Of a stretch of DNA of 57,020 bases, positions 9,699-19,559 are shown piece after piece. Numbering within the stretch: position 1 is the first letter of the stretch; each line of letters begins with the position of its first letter. Under the pieces are notes generated by a model that saw only the letters and a list, made by a program, of their open reading frames with translations, was not told the DNA's origin and made no database searches. This stretch comes from Candidatus Hydrothermarchaeota archaeon (lineage in GTDB: Archaea; CAYFZR01), in NCBI GenBank assembly GCA_046760505.1, contig JBHIEG010000013.1, forward strand, positions 1-57,020, given 5' to 3'. The translations under genes and the position numbers were made by a program.

Positions 9699-10010
9699 AT
9701 GGAGGATATTTGTAAAATACTAAAAATACTATCGAACAAGGATGCATTAAGAATTTGCATCTCTCTCCTAGAGAAAGAGATGACAAACTGGGATATTTCC
9801 ATTAAAACAGGAATCTCTAAGAGTATAGTTGATTACCATCTTTTTAAATTAGGTAAAACAAGTATTTTAAAAAGAAGAGTTGAAAGAGAAAAAATACAAA
9901 AAAACGCGGCAACTACGCAGGAATCTGGCTATAAAGTTTACTTTAGCATAAATCCAAGATTCAGAGATTTTTTACTATCAATAAGCGACCTTGTGGAGAC
10001 AGATAACTGA
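9699..10010 (+). CDS. ArsR-like winged-HTH regulator
   Basis: LKILSNKDALRI...ISKSIVDYHLFKL; ATG 9699 after GAGGT. Confidence 0.65.
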   Translation: MEDICKILKILSNKDALRICISLLEKEMTNWDISIKTGISKSIVDYHLFKLGKTSILKRRVEREKIQKNAATTQESGYKVYFSINPRFRDFLLSISDLVETDN

Positions 10011-10103
10011 TATATAAAGTTTACGCCAAGCCCCGTTGATACAGATGGCAAAAAGCTTAAATAACATTTTCCAAGGTAGCCTCAGGAACTTGGAGGTAAT
10101 GGA

Positions 10104-11096
10104 ATGAAGAGGAGGGATTTTCTTAAGTTAGGAATAGGAATGGGAACAACCGCCTTGTTAGGTGGATTTGCAGCATGCCTAGGACCTAAGACCGTGGAAC
10201 TCCCGGCAATAAGATATGGAGGACAGTACTATCCGGGCGAGTTTCTGCTCTACGGAAAGCCAGATTTCTGGTCAAAGTATGGGATAAAGGTGGATCACAA
10301 AATATTCAGCTCAGGCGGAGAAAACAACGAGGCGCTAATAGCAGGAATCGTTGATATAAACTGTGGCGCTGATACAAGAACAATATCCCTTTTTAATGCA
10401 ATACCAGAGCAAGCATTAATCATTGGGACGGTGCAGAGAGGCAACAGGTATACAACTATAGTAAGAGCGGACTCTGATTATGAATCCTGGGAAGATCTTA
10501 AGGGAAAAAAAGTGGCTACCAGATTCGGAACCGGAGCAGAGGGAGTGTTAAGAAAATACTATAAAAGAGAAGGATACAACTGGGAAGATTTTGAATATGT
10601 TAATTTAAAGGTTGAAGAAATGATATCATCACTAGAGAAGGGCTTAATAGAAGCATTCACAGCTTGGGAACCCACTCCGGCGATTGCAGAGGCAAGAGGT
10701 ATAGGAAAGGTCCTGCGAACCTATGGAGACGTAGCCTTGGTTCCAGCAAGTATTCATACCAAAAAAGAGTTTGCCTATAAAAACGAGGATTCTCTGATAA
10801 GATTTCTTGCAGCTCATTTAGATAAGGCAGATTTAATTAAAAACAACCCAAAAGAAGCATCTAAGATTGCCTCTTCTGCAGCGCGCAAGAAGGGAATAGA
10901 GGTACCACCAGAAGCATTTGAGAAGGTATTCAATCGAATAAACTTCCAAATAGAATTCGGAAATGAAGTTATAGAAGCTATATATGATACAGCAGAATTC
11001 ATGGTAGAAGCAGGGAAAATAACAAAGATTCCTAAACTTGCGTGGGACACATCTTTTGTAGAAAAAGCAAAAGAATTACGAAAAGAGCTACTATAA
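10104..11096 (+). CDS. NitT/TauT/SsuA-family ABC substrate-binding lipoprotein (Tat-exported)
   Basis: KRRDFLK twin-arginine motif, FAAC lipobox, DLKGKKVA, AWEPTP; RBS GGAGGT. Confidence 0.85.
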   Translation: MKRRDFLKLGIGMGTTALLGGFAACLGPKTVELPAIRYGGQYYPGEFLLYGKPDFWSKYGIKVDHKIFSSGGENNEALIAGIVDINCGADTRTISLFNAIPEQALIIGTVQRGNRYTTIVRADSDYESWEDLKGKKVATRFGTGAEGVLRKYYKREGYNWEDFEYVNLKVEEMISSLEKGLIEAFTAWEPTPAIAEARGIGKVLRTYGDVALVPASIHTKKEFAYKNEDSLIRFLAAHLDKADLIKNNPKEASKIASSAARKKGIEVPPEAFEKVFNRINFQIEFGNEVIEAIYDTAEFMVEAGKITKIPKLAWDTSFVEKAKELRKELL

Positions 11097-11097
11097 A

Positions 11098-11898
11098 ATG
11101 AAGTTTCAGAGATATTTTCAGTCGGCAATTCCAGTTTTTGCCCTGCTTTTAGGTTGGGAGATTTTTTCAAGGTTAGGTATATTGAATCCCGTCCTTCTCT
11201 CCCGACCATCTGAAATATTTTTGACCATGTGGTTTTTGTTAAATACTAAATCACTCACTGGACATTCTGTTTTATTAACTCATATCTATGTAAGTCTTTA
11301 CAGGCTTTTCTGTGCCATTTCCATTGCTACCGCCTTTGGTATCTCTTTGGGGATATTGATGGGAATAAATAAATATATCAATGCTTATTTTGATCCGTTA
11401 ATCAGCATTACGATGCCCATTCCCGGTATTGCTTGGGCACCAATATTCATGCTTTGGCTTGGTTATGGAAGCCTCACCATTGTTACAGTTGGAACCCTAG
11501 CGGCTTTCTTTCCAATTGTCTACAATACTGCTGCCGGAGTAAGAAGCATAGAAAAACAGCTCATATGGGCTACTGAAACGATGGGTGCGGATAAAAAGAC
11601 CGTCTTTTTAAAGGTACTCCTTCCATGGGCGGCCCCCTATATCTTAACAGGATTCAGGCTGGGTTTAGCCAGGGGATGGAGGACTGTAATTGCGGTAGAG
11701 ATGATTGCAGCAAGCATATGGGGCTTGGGTTTCATGATATTTGATGCAAGGGAGTTTATACAGACCTCTGTAATTTATGGAGGAATCATGATTCTCGCCC
11801 TGATCTTCTTTTTAATCGAAAATACATTTGTTAGACTGGTAGAAAAGAATACAGTAGAAAAATGGGGAATGATTAAAAGCACGGAGGTCTTTAGATGA
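11098..11898 (+). CDS. NitT/TauT-family ABC permease
   Basis: PIPGIAWAPIFMLWLG, FFPIVYNT, MGAD, GWRTVIAVEM. Confidence 0.9.
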   Translation: MKFQRYFQSAIPVFALLLGWEIFSRLGILNPVLLSRPSEIFLTMWFLLNTKSLTGHSVLLTHIYVSLYRLFCAISIATAFGISLGILMGINKYINAYFDPLISITMPIPGIAWAPIFMLWLGYGSLTIVTVGTLAAFFPIVYNTAAGVRSIEKQLIWATETMGADKKTVFLKVLLPWAAPYILTGFRLGLARGWRTVIAVEMIAASIWGLGFMIFDAREFIQTSVIYGGIMILALIFFLIENTFVRLVEKNTVEKWGMIKSTEVFR

Positions 11899-12701
11899 TC
11901 AAAAGAGCAACTTGGACAGTTATTTTCGCTAATTTTTTAAAATTCACTTCTTTTCTACTTCCATTGTTATCTGTCATTTTGCTCTGGGAAATCATAGTTG
12001 ACCTTAAATTTGTAAATCCAAGCTTGCTTCCTGCTCCGTCTACCATAATACTTACATTTCTTAAACTATCGATTCCTGATCCAATAATATTCATTCACAT
12101 TTACAAGAGTTTTTATCGTCTCATCATAGGATATTCCCTTGCTATGTGTGCTGGCATTGCTTTAGGTCTTCTCATGGGGACCAACAGGTTTATCAACCAG
12201 GCTCTTTTTCCAATAATCAGTCTCTTGATACCTCTCCCAACATTGGCGTGGGTTCCCCTGCTTTTGATCACCCTAGGAATAGGAGATAAAACAATTGTAC
12301 TGGCAATATTTTTGGGAGGCTTTTTCCCGATGGTCTACAATACCATGAGCGGCGTTAAAAGTATTAAAAAAGAGATGATCTGGGCTTCTCAGATAATGGG
12401 CGCTGATAAAATGACCATTTTTTTCAAAGTTCTACTGCCCGGGTCCTTGGTATATATAATAGCAGGATCTAGACTAGCAATAGGATATTCTTGGAGAGCA
12501 TTGGTCGGTGCCGAAATGCTCGCTGCTACAGAGTGGGGAGTGGGTTATTTGATTTATGCATCCAAGATCCTTTACGCAGTAGAGGTTATGTTTGTAGGTT
12601 TAGCCATCATTGCCTTAGGAGGTTTTTTGATGGATCAATTGATTATGGGCCCTTTAGAGAAAAAGACAATAGAGAAATGGGGCATGATTATTGAAAGGTG
12701 A
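11895..12701 (+). CDS. NitT/TauT-family ABC permease (second paralog)
   Basis: PLPTLAWVPL, FFPMVYNT, SWRALVGAEM. Confidence 0.9.
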   Translation: MIKRATWTVIFANFLKFTSFLLPLLSVILLWEIIVDLKFVNPSLLPAPSTIILTFLKLSIPDPIIFIHIYKSFYRLIIGYSLAMCAGIALGLLMGTNRFINQALFPIISLLIPLPTLAWVPLLLITLGIGDKTIVLAIFLGGFFPMVYNTMSGVKSIKKEMIWASQIMGADKMTIFFKVLLPGSLVYIIAGSRLAIGYSWRALVGAEMLAATEWGVGYLIYASKILYAVEVMFVGLAIIALGGFLMDQLIMGPLEKKTIEKWGMIIER

Positions 12702-13480
12702 TGTATTTGGGAAGTAAAACTAAGATAAGGGCTATAGATCTTAGAAAAGAGTTCGGTGATGTTGTCGCGATAGATTGTCTCAACTTAGAAATTAAAGAGA
12801 ATGAATTTGCGGTTGTAGTAGGGCCATCTGGATGTGGTAAATCAACGCTTCTCTATCTTATAGCAGGATTTGAAAAGCCTACAAGTGGTAAAATTCTCCT
12901 AAATGATGAGGTAATCCGAGGACCGGGTCCTGATCGAGGATTTGTTTTCCAAGAATTTATGCTTTATCCTTGGAAAAATGTTCTGAGCAATATTATGTTC
13001 GGTCTTGAAATACAAGGAATTCCAAAAAAAGAAGCAAGAGAAAAGGCGATGTTTTATGTAAGAATGATAGGACTCGAGGGATTTGAGGACAAATATCCTC
13101 ACGAGTTATCAGGGGGGATGAAACAGAGGGTAGGCATTGCCCGAGCACTTGCATATGACCCAGAGGTTCTATTAATGGATGAGCCTTTTGGAGCTTTAGA
13201 TGCGCAAACAAAGAAGATCATGCAGGGAGAACTGCTAAGAATCTGGAACGAAACGAAAAAAACCGTGGTTTACGTAACTCATAGTGTAATCGAGGCTGCA
13301 TACTTAGCAGATAGAGTTTTTGTTCTTACATCTAGACCTAGTAGGTTGAAAGGAATAATCGAGATAGACATTCCAAGACCTAGAGATTACACGAGCGATG
13401 AGTTCTTGGATGCTAGAAAGAAAATTTTGGATCTACTTGAAGAGGAGGTAGTAAGAACTTTCAGGGAAGATATGCGTTGA
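12698..13480 (+). CDS. NitT/TauT-family ABC ATP-binding protein
   Basis: GPSGCGKST, LSGGMKQR, LLMDEPFGALD, VTH. Confidence 0.92.
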   Translation: MMYLGSKTKIRAIDLRKEFGDVVAIDCLNLEIKENEFAVVVGPSGCGKSTLLYLIAGFEKPTSGKILLNDEVIRGPGPDRGFVFQEFMLYPWKNVLSNIMFGLEIQGIPKKEAREKAMFYVRMIGLEGFEDKYPHELSGGMKQRVGIARALAYDPEVLLMDEPFGALDAQTKKIMQGELLRIWNETKKTVVYVTHSVIEAAYLADRVFVLTSRPSRLKGIIEIDIPRPRDYTSDEFLDARKKILDLLEEEVVRTFREDMR

Positions 13481-13506
13481 TTTTTAGGCAATGATCATCT
13501 TTCTAT

Positions 13507-13863
13507 TCAAAGTTTCATCAGGGCTAGTCCGTACTCATATTCCATTTCCATCTCCTTGATGAATTTTTTGTAATCATCCAAGTTATCTTCAAGCAAACTA
13601 CTAAAAGCCCTCTTAAAAAGTCTAGTTGCTCTTAAAAAATGAGAATGTGCATTTTCATATTTCTTTGGCACGTTTACATTTTCCAACTTTATTATCGATT
13701 TATTTACCAATTCAATATATCTTTCAATTCCTTTGAGAAATTCTTCCCTTTTCATAAATCCTTCTTGGTAATCCCTAATCATATCATCTACGATTAACCT
13801 AATTCTAGAATAACTCTCCTTTTGTAATTCTATTTCCTGCCTGTACGTAAACTTCGATATCAT
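13507..13863 (-). CDS. Hypothetical helical protein
   Basis: 118-aa ORF, AAGGT upstream of ATG. Confidence 0.6.
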   Translation of the reverse strand: MISKFTYRQEIELQKESYSRIRLIVDDMIRDYQEGFMKREEFLKGIERYIELVNKSIIKLENVNVPKKYENAHSHFLRATRLFKRAFSSLLEDNLDDYKKFIKEMEMEYEYGLALMKL

Positions 13864-13890
13864 GGCTACCTTTTTAGGAGGGGATTTTCA

Positions 13891-13920
13891 CTCTGTATAA
13901 GATAGGCTCTGTATAAGATA
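13891..13920. repeat. Perfect 14-bp direct repeat CTCTGTATAAGATA x2 (period 16)
   Basis: Copies at 13891-13904 and 13907-13920 separated by GG. Confidence 0.9.
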
Positions 13921-14075
13921 ATAGAACTCTATTTTTCTTAAATTTTTGCACTATTAAATAACTTTTTTAAATTATGCGCCTAACAAAAAATCATGGAAAT
14001 TCGATAAGATAAAAAGGGGATTAGCAATACTAAAGTAATTACCGAAAAATTGAACACTATTAAATCATTCGCCTT

Positions 14076-14483
14076 TTACTTACTTTTTTCTATTTCATTT
14101 AATCTCAATTCTATTTCCTCTATTTTTTTCAGTAGGAGGTCTAATTTTTCATCAATCTTATCATATCTCTTGAATGTGTATTTTGTTACCGGATTCATCC
14201 ATGCAAGGCTTTCCATCTCTCTTTGAAAAAATTTTCCCTTTATATCGATGTGTCCAAGCAGGATTATCCCACCAAAAGCCAAAACAATAATTATAATGGT
14301 TAACTTTGTGGTCCCGTGTTTACCCAAACCCAAAATTAAATTGCTGGTAATTCCGTATCCTTTTAATCTGTCTACAACCAAAAAGGTGATAGTAATAAAC
14401 GTGTATAGAGCCAGATAACTTCTTCCCCTATCAAATCTTATCTTCAATTTTGCAAGGAGATCTAAAAGATGCATTTCCACCAC
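14076..14483 (-). CDS. Hypothetical membrane protein (2 TM + C-terminal coiled coil)
   Basis: Hydrophobic segments YLALYTFITITFLVV and LTIIIIVLAFGGIILLG. Confidence 0.6.
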   Translation of the reverse strand: MVEMHLLDLLAKLKIRFDRGRSYLALYTFITITFLVVDRLKGYGITSNLILGLGKHGTTKLTIIIIVLAFGGIILLGHIDIKGKFFQREMESLAWMNPVTKYTFKRYDKIDEKLDLLLKKIEEIELRLNEIEKSK

Positions 14484-14546
14484 AAATATTATTTTATTCT
14501 CTTTATTATTTCATTCTCTTTCTTAAATTTTTGCTCGGCAATGGAT

Positions 14547-15710
14547 CTAACCTTGATATTTTTCAATTGCTTCCTTAATTCTTGAAATCCCTCTTTTAAT
14601 TTCCTCCCTATTAACAGTAAATGCAAATCTTATGTATCCTTCTCCCTCACTTCCAAATCCAAGGCCGGGAACCGTGGAAACTCCATTTTCAATCAGGTAT
14701 TTGCTTATTTCAACACAGCTTCCTAGTTCTCTCACGTCTGCAAAAGCAAAAAAGGTGCCTTTAGGGTACTCGCATTTAAATCCTTCAACCCTATTTAAAC
14801 CTTTTACAAGTAATTCTCTTCTTGCATCGTATTCTTTTACCATATCCTCCACACATCTTTGATCTCCCGTTAGAGCCTCCACACCAGCTTTTTGTACGAA
14901 CACCGGAACTCCTGAGTTTGCGAGTTTTTCGATTTCTAGTGCTTTGTTAAGCAGATCTTCATTTCCAACCATGTATCCCACTCTCCAACCGGTCATTGCA
15001 TAGGTTTTTGAGAGGCTTCCTATTAAGATCATGTAATCTTTTAGATCTTCATTCATTAGGGGAAAACATGCCTTGTAATTATCATACACTATTTTTTCGT
15101 AGGCATTATCGTATATTATCAGAAGATCTCTCTTCTTTGTTATTTCTGCGATGTCATCGAGTAATTCGTGCTCTAAAACTCCTCCTGTAGGGTTGTTTGG
15201 AAAATTTAATACTGCAACATTTGCTTTTTTCGTTATCTCATCGAATTTCTCTATATCCAGTGTAAAATTTTCGCTGAGGGGCATAGAAACTGGTTTTCCC
15301 CCTGCTAGACAAACTGTATTATAAAAAACTGGATAAGCAGGACTTCCAATTGCCACAACATCGTTTTCATCTACAAAAGCCATTATTGCATCGAAAATTG
15401 CATGTTTGGAGCCAGGAGTAGCAATTATCTCCTTATCAGGGTTTAAATCTACACCATAGTCTTCCTCTATTCTGTATGCAATGGCTTCTCTGAACTCTTG
15501 GATGCCCCTGTACGGTGGATAATGGGTTAATCCCTGATCCAAAGCTTTTTTTCCTGCCTCTCTTATGTTTTCAGGGGTATTAAAATCAGGATCTCCAACA
15601 TCAAAATGGACTATATCTTTACCTTTTCCTTCCAGTTCCTGTACTAGTTCTTCTATCTCTGCAATCATGTATGGAGGAATTCTTTTGATTCTATCTGCAA
15701 CTTTACCCAT
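14547..15710 (-). CDS. PLP-dependent aminotransferase class I/II
   Basis: VGDPDF, NFPNNPTG, DNAY, SLSKTYAMTGWRVGY, GYIRFAF. Confidence 0.9.
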   Translation of the reverse strand: MGKVADRIKRIPPYMIAEIEELVQELEGKGKDIVHFDVGDPDFNTPENIREAGKKALDQGLTHYPPYRGIQEFREAIAYRIEEDYGVDLNPDKEIIATPGSKHAIFDAIMAFVDENDVVAIGSPAYPVFYNTVCLAGGKPVSMPLSENFTLDIEKFDEITKKANVAVLNFPNNPTGGVLEHELLDDIAEITKKRDLLIIYDNAYEKIVYDNYKACFPLMNEDLKDYMILIGSLSKTYAMTGWRVGYMVGNEDLLNKALEIEKLANSGVPVFVQKAGVEALTGDQRCVEDMVKEYDARRELLVKGLNRVEGFKCEYPKGTFFAFADVRELGSCVEISKYLIENGVSTVPGLGFGSEGEGYIRFAFTVNREEIKRGISRIKEAIEKYQG

Positions 15711-15885
15711 ATAACCACCTTATAGAATTTGATATCTTTTTTAAAAGGTTTACGTTACCATAATCTATTTAATATATGTTTACTCTCTCACATTCTTGAG
15801 GATGGGTATGGTAGGTAAGGCAGTGACCATTACAAATGAACTCGTTCAGGAAGCAGGAAAATTTTCTGAGAATGAGGGGATATAA

Positions 15886-16152
15886 ATGAATGAAATAGCT
15901 GAAATGACCATTAACGAAGATTTGTGTATTGGATGTGGAAACTGCGTTGTTACATGTCCGGTTAACACAAAGGAATCAGACGATGCAAAGTACGGCAAGG
16001 GTCCTACGGAAGAGTTAACCATTACCATGGTGATAAACGGAAAGGCGAGTATTATAAATCCAGAGAAATGTACCCTTTGCGGCATGTGCGTTGATGCATG
16101 CCCTACTGAAGCAATATTCGTGCCAGAAAAGAAAAAGAAGAAAGAAGCGTGA
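15886..16152 (+). CDS. fwdG: Formylmethanofuran dehydrogenase subunit G (2x[4Fe-4S])
   Basis: CIGCGNCVVTCPVN...GKGP...CTLCGMCVDACP; first gene of fwd cluster. Confidence 0.85.
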   Translation: MNEIAEMTINEDLCIGCGNCVVTCPVNTKESDDAKYGKGPTEELTITMVINGKASIINPEKCTLCGMCVDACPTEAIFVPEKKKKKEA

Positions 16153-16156
16153 TATA

Positions 16157-16537
16157 ATGGCTATAGAAGTATATCTTATTACTGGAAGAAGCGTTAAGCA
16201 GGGAGAATCGATGGAAAAGGGGAAAATTTTCAGTAATTATACCGAATCAGCAGCTATTTGCGAATTAGATTCATCAGATATGGAAAAATTGAAAATTAAG
16301 GATGGAGATACAGTTAAAGTTAAAACTGAATATGGAGAAGTAGTTGTTAAGGCAGTCGCATCGAAGAAGAGACATCCAAGCGTTGCATTTATCCCTATGG
16401 GCCCCTGGGCAAATGCAGTTGTAGATCCTGCCACAGACTATACAGGAATGCCTTCCTTTAAAGGAGTCAAGGCTAAAATAGAAAGTACAGGAGAAAAGGT
16501 ACTGAATGGAGTTGAATTGATAAAATCGTTTAGGTGA
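16157..16537 (+). CDS. fwdD: Formylmethanofuran dehydrogenase subunit D
   Basis: LITGRS.KQG, FIPMGPWAN, TGMPSFKG; start moved to ATG 16157. Confidence 0.92.
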   Translation: MAIEVYLITGRSVKQGESMEKGKIFSNYTESAAICELDSSDMEKLKIKDGDTVKVKTEYGEVVVKAVASKKRHPSVAFIPMGPWANAVVDPATDYTGMPSFKGVKAKIESTGEKVLNGVELIKSFR

Positions 16538-17835
16538 AAAAAATGATGATTAGCGATGTCGTTTGCACGTTCTGTGGTTGCCTATGCGATGATATACAGG
16601 TTAAGGTAGAAAATAATGAGATAGTAGAAACGAGACACGCATGCATCATAGGTCACACCAAGTTAGTTTCTCACAAAGAGCATAGAATTAAAGCTCCTTT
16701 GGTAAGAAAGAACGGCGAATTAAAAGAAACAAGTATGGATGAGGCGATAAATAGAGCTGCTGAAATATTGAAAAACTCTCATTATCCCCTGCTATATGGA
16801 TGGTCATCTACCTCATGCGAGGCAATTTCAAAAGGAGTGGAACTTGCAGAGTATTTAGGTGGAGCTATAGATCCAACCACTTCTGTTTGTCATGGGCCCA
16901 CCGTCTTAGCGGTACAGGCGGTAGGAGCATCCGGAGCCACTCTGGGAGAGATTAGACACAGAGCCGATTTGGTAATATTCTGGGGGTGCAATCCTACACA
17001 AGCACATCTGAGACACATGTCGAGGTATTCTGTTTTTCCCAGAGGAATTTTTGTGAAAAGAAGAAAACAGAGAAAAATAGTGGTTGTAGACATAAGAGAA
17101 ACTACCACTTCTAAGCTGGCTGATGACTTCATCAAGATAAATCCAGGCGAGGACTATGAACTCATAGATGCGTTGAGAGTAGCGGTTAACAAAGGGGAAA
17201 TACCTTATCCAGAGGTAGGAGGAGTAGCAAGGGAAAAAATATACGAACTAGCTGAAACGATGAAATCAGCAAGATTTGGAGTGATATACTTCGGAATGGG
17301 CCTTACCATGAGTAGAGGCAAACATAGAAACATTGACAATGCCGTATCTTTAGTAAGAGACCTCAACAACTACACGAAGTTTACCATAACCCCGATGAGA
17401 GGTCATTACAATGTAACAGGATCCGGCACTACAATGGCGTGGCTTACTGGTTTTCCATTCGCCATAGACTTCAGCATGGGATATGCGAGGTTTAATCCTG
17501 GGGAAACTGCTTCTAACGACATTCTTCAAAGGGAAGAATGTGATTCAGCGCTTATAGTTGCATCAGATCCTGCTGCCCACTTTCCAAAGCAAGCGGTAAA
17601 ACATCTAGCCAATATTCCTGTGATAACCATAACTCCTCATAGAAATTTGACAACTGAGATTTCTGAAGTTATTTTTCCATGCGCAATAGCCGGAATAGAG
17701 TGCGAGGGAACTGCTTACAGGATGGACGCAGTGCCACTAAGATTGAGAAAAATTGTGAATCCACCAGAGAATTGTCTTCCAGACGAAGAAATACTAGACA
17801 TGGTTCTCCGAAGGATTAAGGAGGGACAACAATGA
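16534..17835 (+). CDS. fwdB: Formylmethanofuran dehydrogenase subunit B (Cys-ligand form)
   Basis: CTFCGCLCDD, SVCHGP, WGCNP..AH.RHMSRYS, PMRGHYNV, GTAYRMD. Confidence 0.95.
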   Translation: MKKMMISDVVCTFCGCLCDDIQVKVENNEIVETRHACIIGHTKLVSHKEHRIKAPLVRKNGELKETSMDEAINRAAEILKNSHYPLLYGWSSTSCEAISKGVELAEYLGGAIDPTTSVCHGPTVLAVQAVGASGATLGEIRHRADLVIFWGCNPTQAHLRHMSRYSVFPRGIFVKRRKQRKIVVVDIRETTTSKLADDFIKINPGEDYELIDALRVAVNKGEIPYPEVGGVAREKIYELAETMKSARFGVIYFGMGLTMSRGKHRNIDNAVSLVRDLNNYTKFTITPMRGHYNVTGSGTTMAWLTGFPFAIDFSMGYARFNPGETASNDILQREECDSALIVASDPAAHFPKQAVKHLANIPVITITPHRNLTTEISEVIFPCAIAGIECEGTAYRMDAVPLRLRKIVNPPENCLPDEEILDMVLRRIKEGQQ

Positions 17836-19550
17836 AAAACGAATTGTTGATCAAGAATGGTATAGTGATCGATCCTTTAAACAATATAATGGGCGAAAAG
17901 ATGGATATTGCCATAAAAGATGGCAAGATAGTAGAAGAAGTAAGCAAAAATGCAAAGGTGATAGATGCCAGCGGCAAGTTAGTTGTTCCAGGAGGTGTAG
18001 ATTCTCACAGCCATGTAGCAGGGAGCAAGGTTAATGTGGGAAGAATAATGAGACCAGAAGACGGAAGAAAGATGCGTGAATCTAAAACAGATGTCTTGAG
18101 GTCTCAGGGAGGTTTTTCTGTTCCAACAACAATTACAACAGGGTATAGATACGCTAAAATGGGCTATACCACTGTAATGGAAGCTGCTATGCCTCCATTG
18201 AAGGCAAGACATACGCAAGAAGAAATAAGGGACACTCCAATTTTGGATGAGGCTGCTTTCACAGTAATGGGAAACAACTGGTTTGTAATGGAGTATCTCA
18301 AGGAGAAAGATTATGATAAATGCGCTGCTTATGCCGCTTGGCTCTTAAAGGTAACTCGGGGTTACGCAATTAAACTAGTAAATCCCGGTGGTGTAGAAGC
18401 CTGGGGCTTTGGAAAAAATGTTAATTCATTGGACGATCCCGTACCAAATTTTGAAATAACCCCCAGAGAAATAATTGAAGGGCTTACGAAAGTAAACGAA
18501 GTGTTGAGGCTTCCTCATTCAGTGCATGTCCATTGCAATAGACTTGGTCAGCCAGGGTGTGCCACCATAACTCTGGAGACATTTAAGGTGCCGAAAGATG
18601 TTAAATTGAATACTGTAAGCGATAGAGAGCATATCTTTTATGTTACTCATGTACAATTCAATGCCTTTGGAGGAACAGGCTGGAGAGACTTTGAATCCGG
18701 CGCAAAAGAACTGGCTGATTATGTAAATCAGAACAAGTATATGGTTATCGATACAGGATGTGTAACATATGATAACACTACCACGATGACTGGAGATGGA
18801 CCTGCTGAATTTAACATTCAAAGACTTGCAGGTTATAAATGGGTAAATGGAGACGTCGAGGTGGAATGTGGTTCAGGAATAGTTCCATTCGTTTTCATGC
18901 CAAAAAATCCTGTTCACTCAGTTCAATGGGCAATAGGACTTGAACTGGCGCTTTTAGTAGATGATCCCTGGCGGGTTATAATAACTACAGATCATCCGAA
19001 CGGAGGACCTTTCATTAGGTATCCCAGAGTTTACGCCTGGCTAATGAGCAAGAAATACAGGGAAGAATGGCTGAAAAAAAGTCATCCATGGGCTACCGAA
19101 AGATCTTCTCTCGCAACCATAGAAAGAGAATATACTTTAGAAGAAATCATAATAAACACCAGAGCCGCGACAGCCAAGATTTTGGGATTAAATAGGATCA
19201 AGGGTCACCTTGGAATTGGTGCTGACGCAGATGTGGCCATATACGATGTAAATCCAGAAGAATTTGACTTTTCAAACAGCCCAAGAGAAGTTGAAAATAT
19301 ATTCTCCAATGCACTTTACACGATAAAGGGTGGAGAAATCATTGTTAAGGAAAAACAAATAGTCAACGTAATCCAGGGAAGCACATTCTGGTTAAATCCA
19401 AAAGTTGACAAAGAACTTGAAGAAGAGGTGTTGAAAGAAGTTAAAGAGAAATTCAAGGCCTATTATACGATAAACTTTAATAACTACGCGGTTGATCTTG
19501 CATATCTTAAAAATCACAGAGAAATTCCAATTGTGACCGGAGTTGCGTGA
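17832..19550 (+). CDS. fwdA: Formylmethanofuran dehydrogenase subunit A
   Basis: DSHSHVAGSKVNVGR, KLVNPGG, QWAIGLEL, TTDHPNGGPF. Confidence 0.95.
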   Translation: MKNELLIKNGIVIDPLNNIMGEKMDIAIKDGKIVEEVSKNAKVIDASGKLVVPGGVDSHSHVAGSKVNVGRIMRPEDGRKMRESKTDVLRSQGGFSVPTTITTGYRYAKMGYTTVMEAAMPPLKARHTQEEIRDTPILDEAAFTVMGNNWFVMEYLKEKDYDKCAAYAAWLLKVTRGYAIKLVNPGGVEAWGFGKNVNSLDDPVPNFEITPREIIEGLTKVNEVLRLPHSVHVHCNRLGQPGCATITLETFKVPKDVKLNTVSDREHIFYVTHVQFNAFGGTGWRDFESGAKELADYVNQNKYMVIDTGCVTYDNTTTMTGDGPAEFNIQRLAGYKWVNGDVEVECGSGIVPFVFMPKNPVHSVQWAIGLELALLVDDPWRVIITTDHPNGGPFIRYPRVYAWLMSKKYREEWLKKSHPWATERSSLATIEREYTLEEIIINTRAATAKILGLNRIKGHLGIGADADVAIYDVNPEEFDFSNSPREVENIFSNALYTIKGGEIIVKEKQIVNVIQGSTFWLNPKVDKELEEEVLKEVKEKFKAYYTINFNNYAVDLAYLKNHREIPIVTGVA

Positions 19551-19559
19551 GGTGTCGAT

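Noticed and set aside
13891-13920. Nextera/Tn5 mosaic-end adapter contamination
   Set aside because: Only the 9-nt core TGTATAAGA matches AGATGTGTATAAGAGACAG; both flanks differ
16534-17835. Selenocysteine recoding in FwdB
   Set aside because: The metal-ligand position is TGT (Cys) and the frame has no internal TGA
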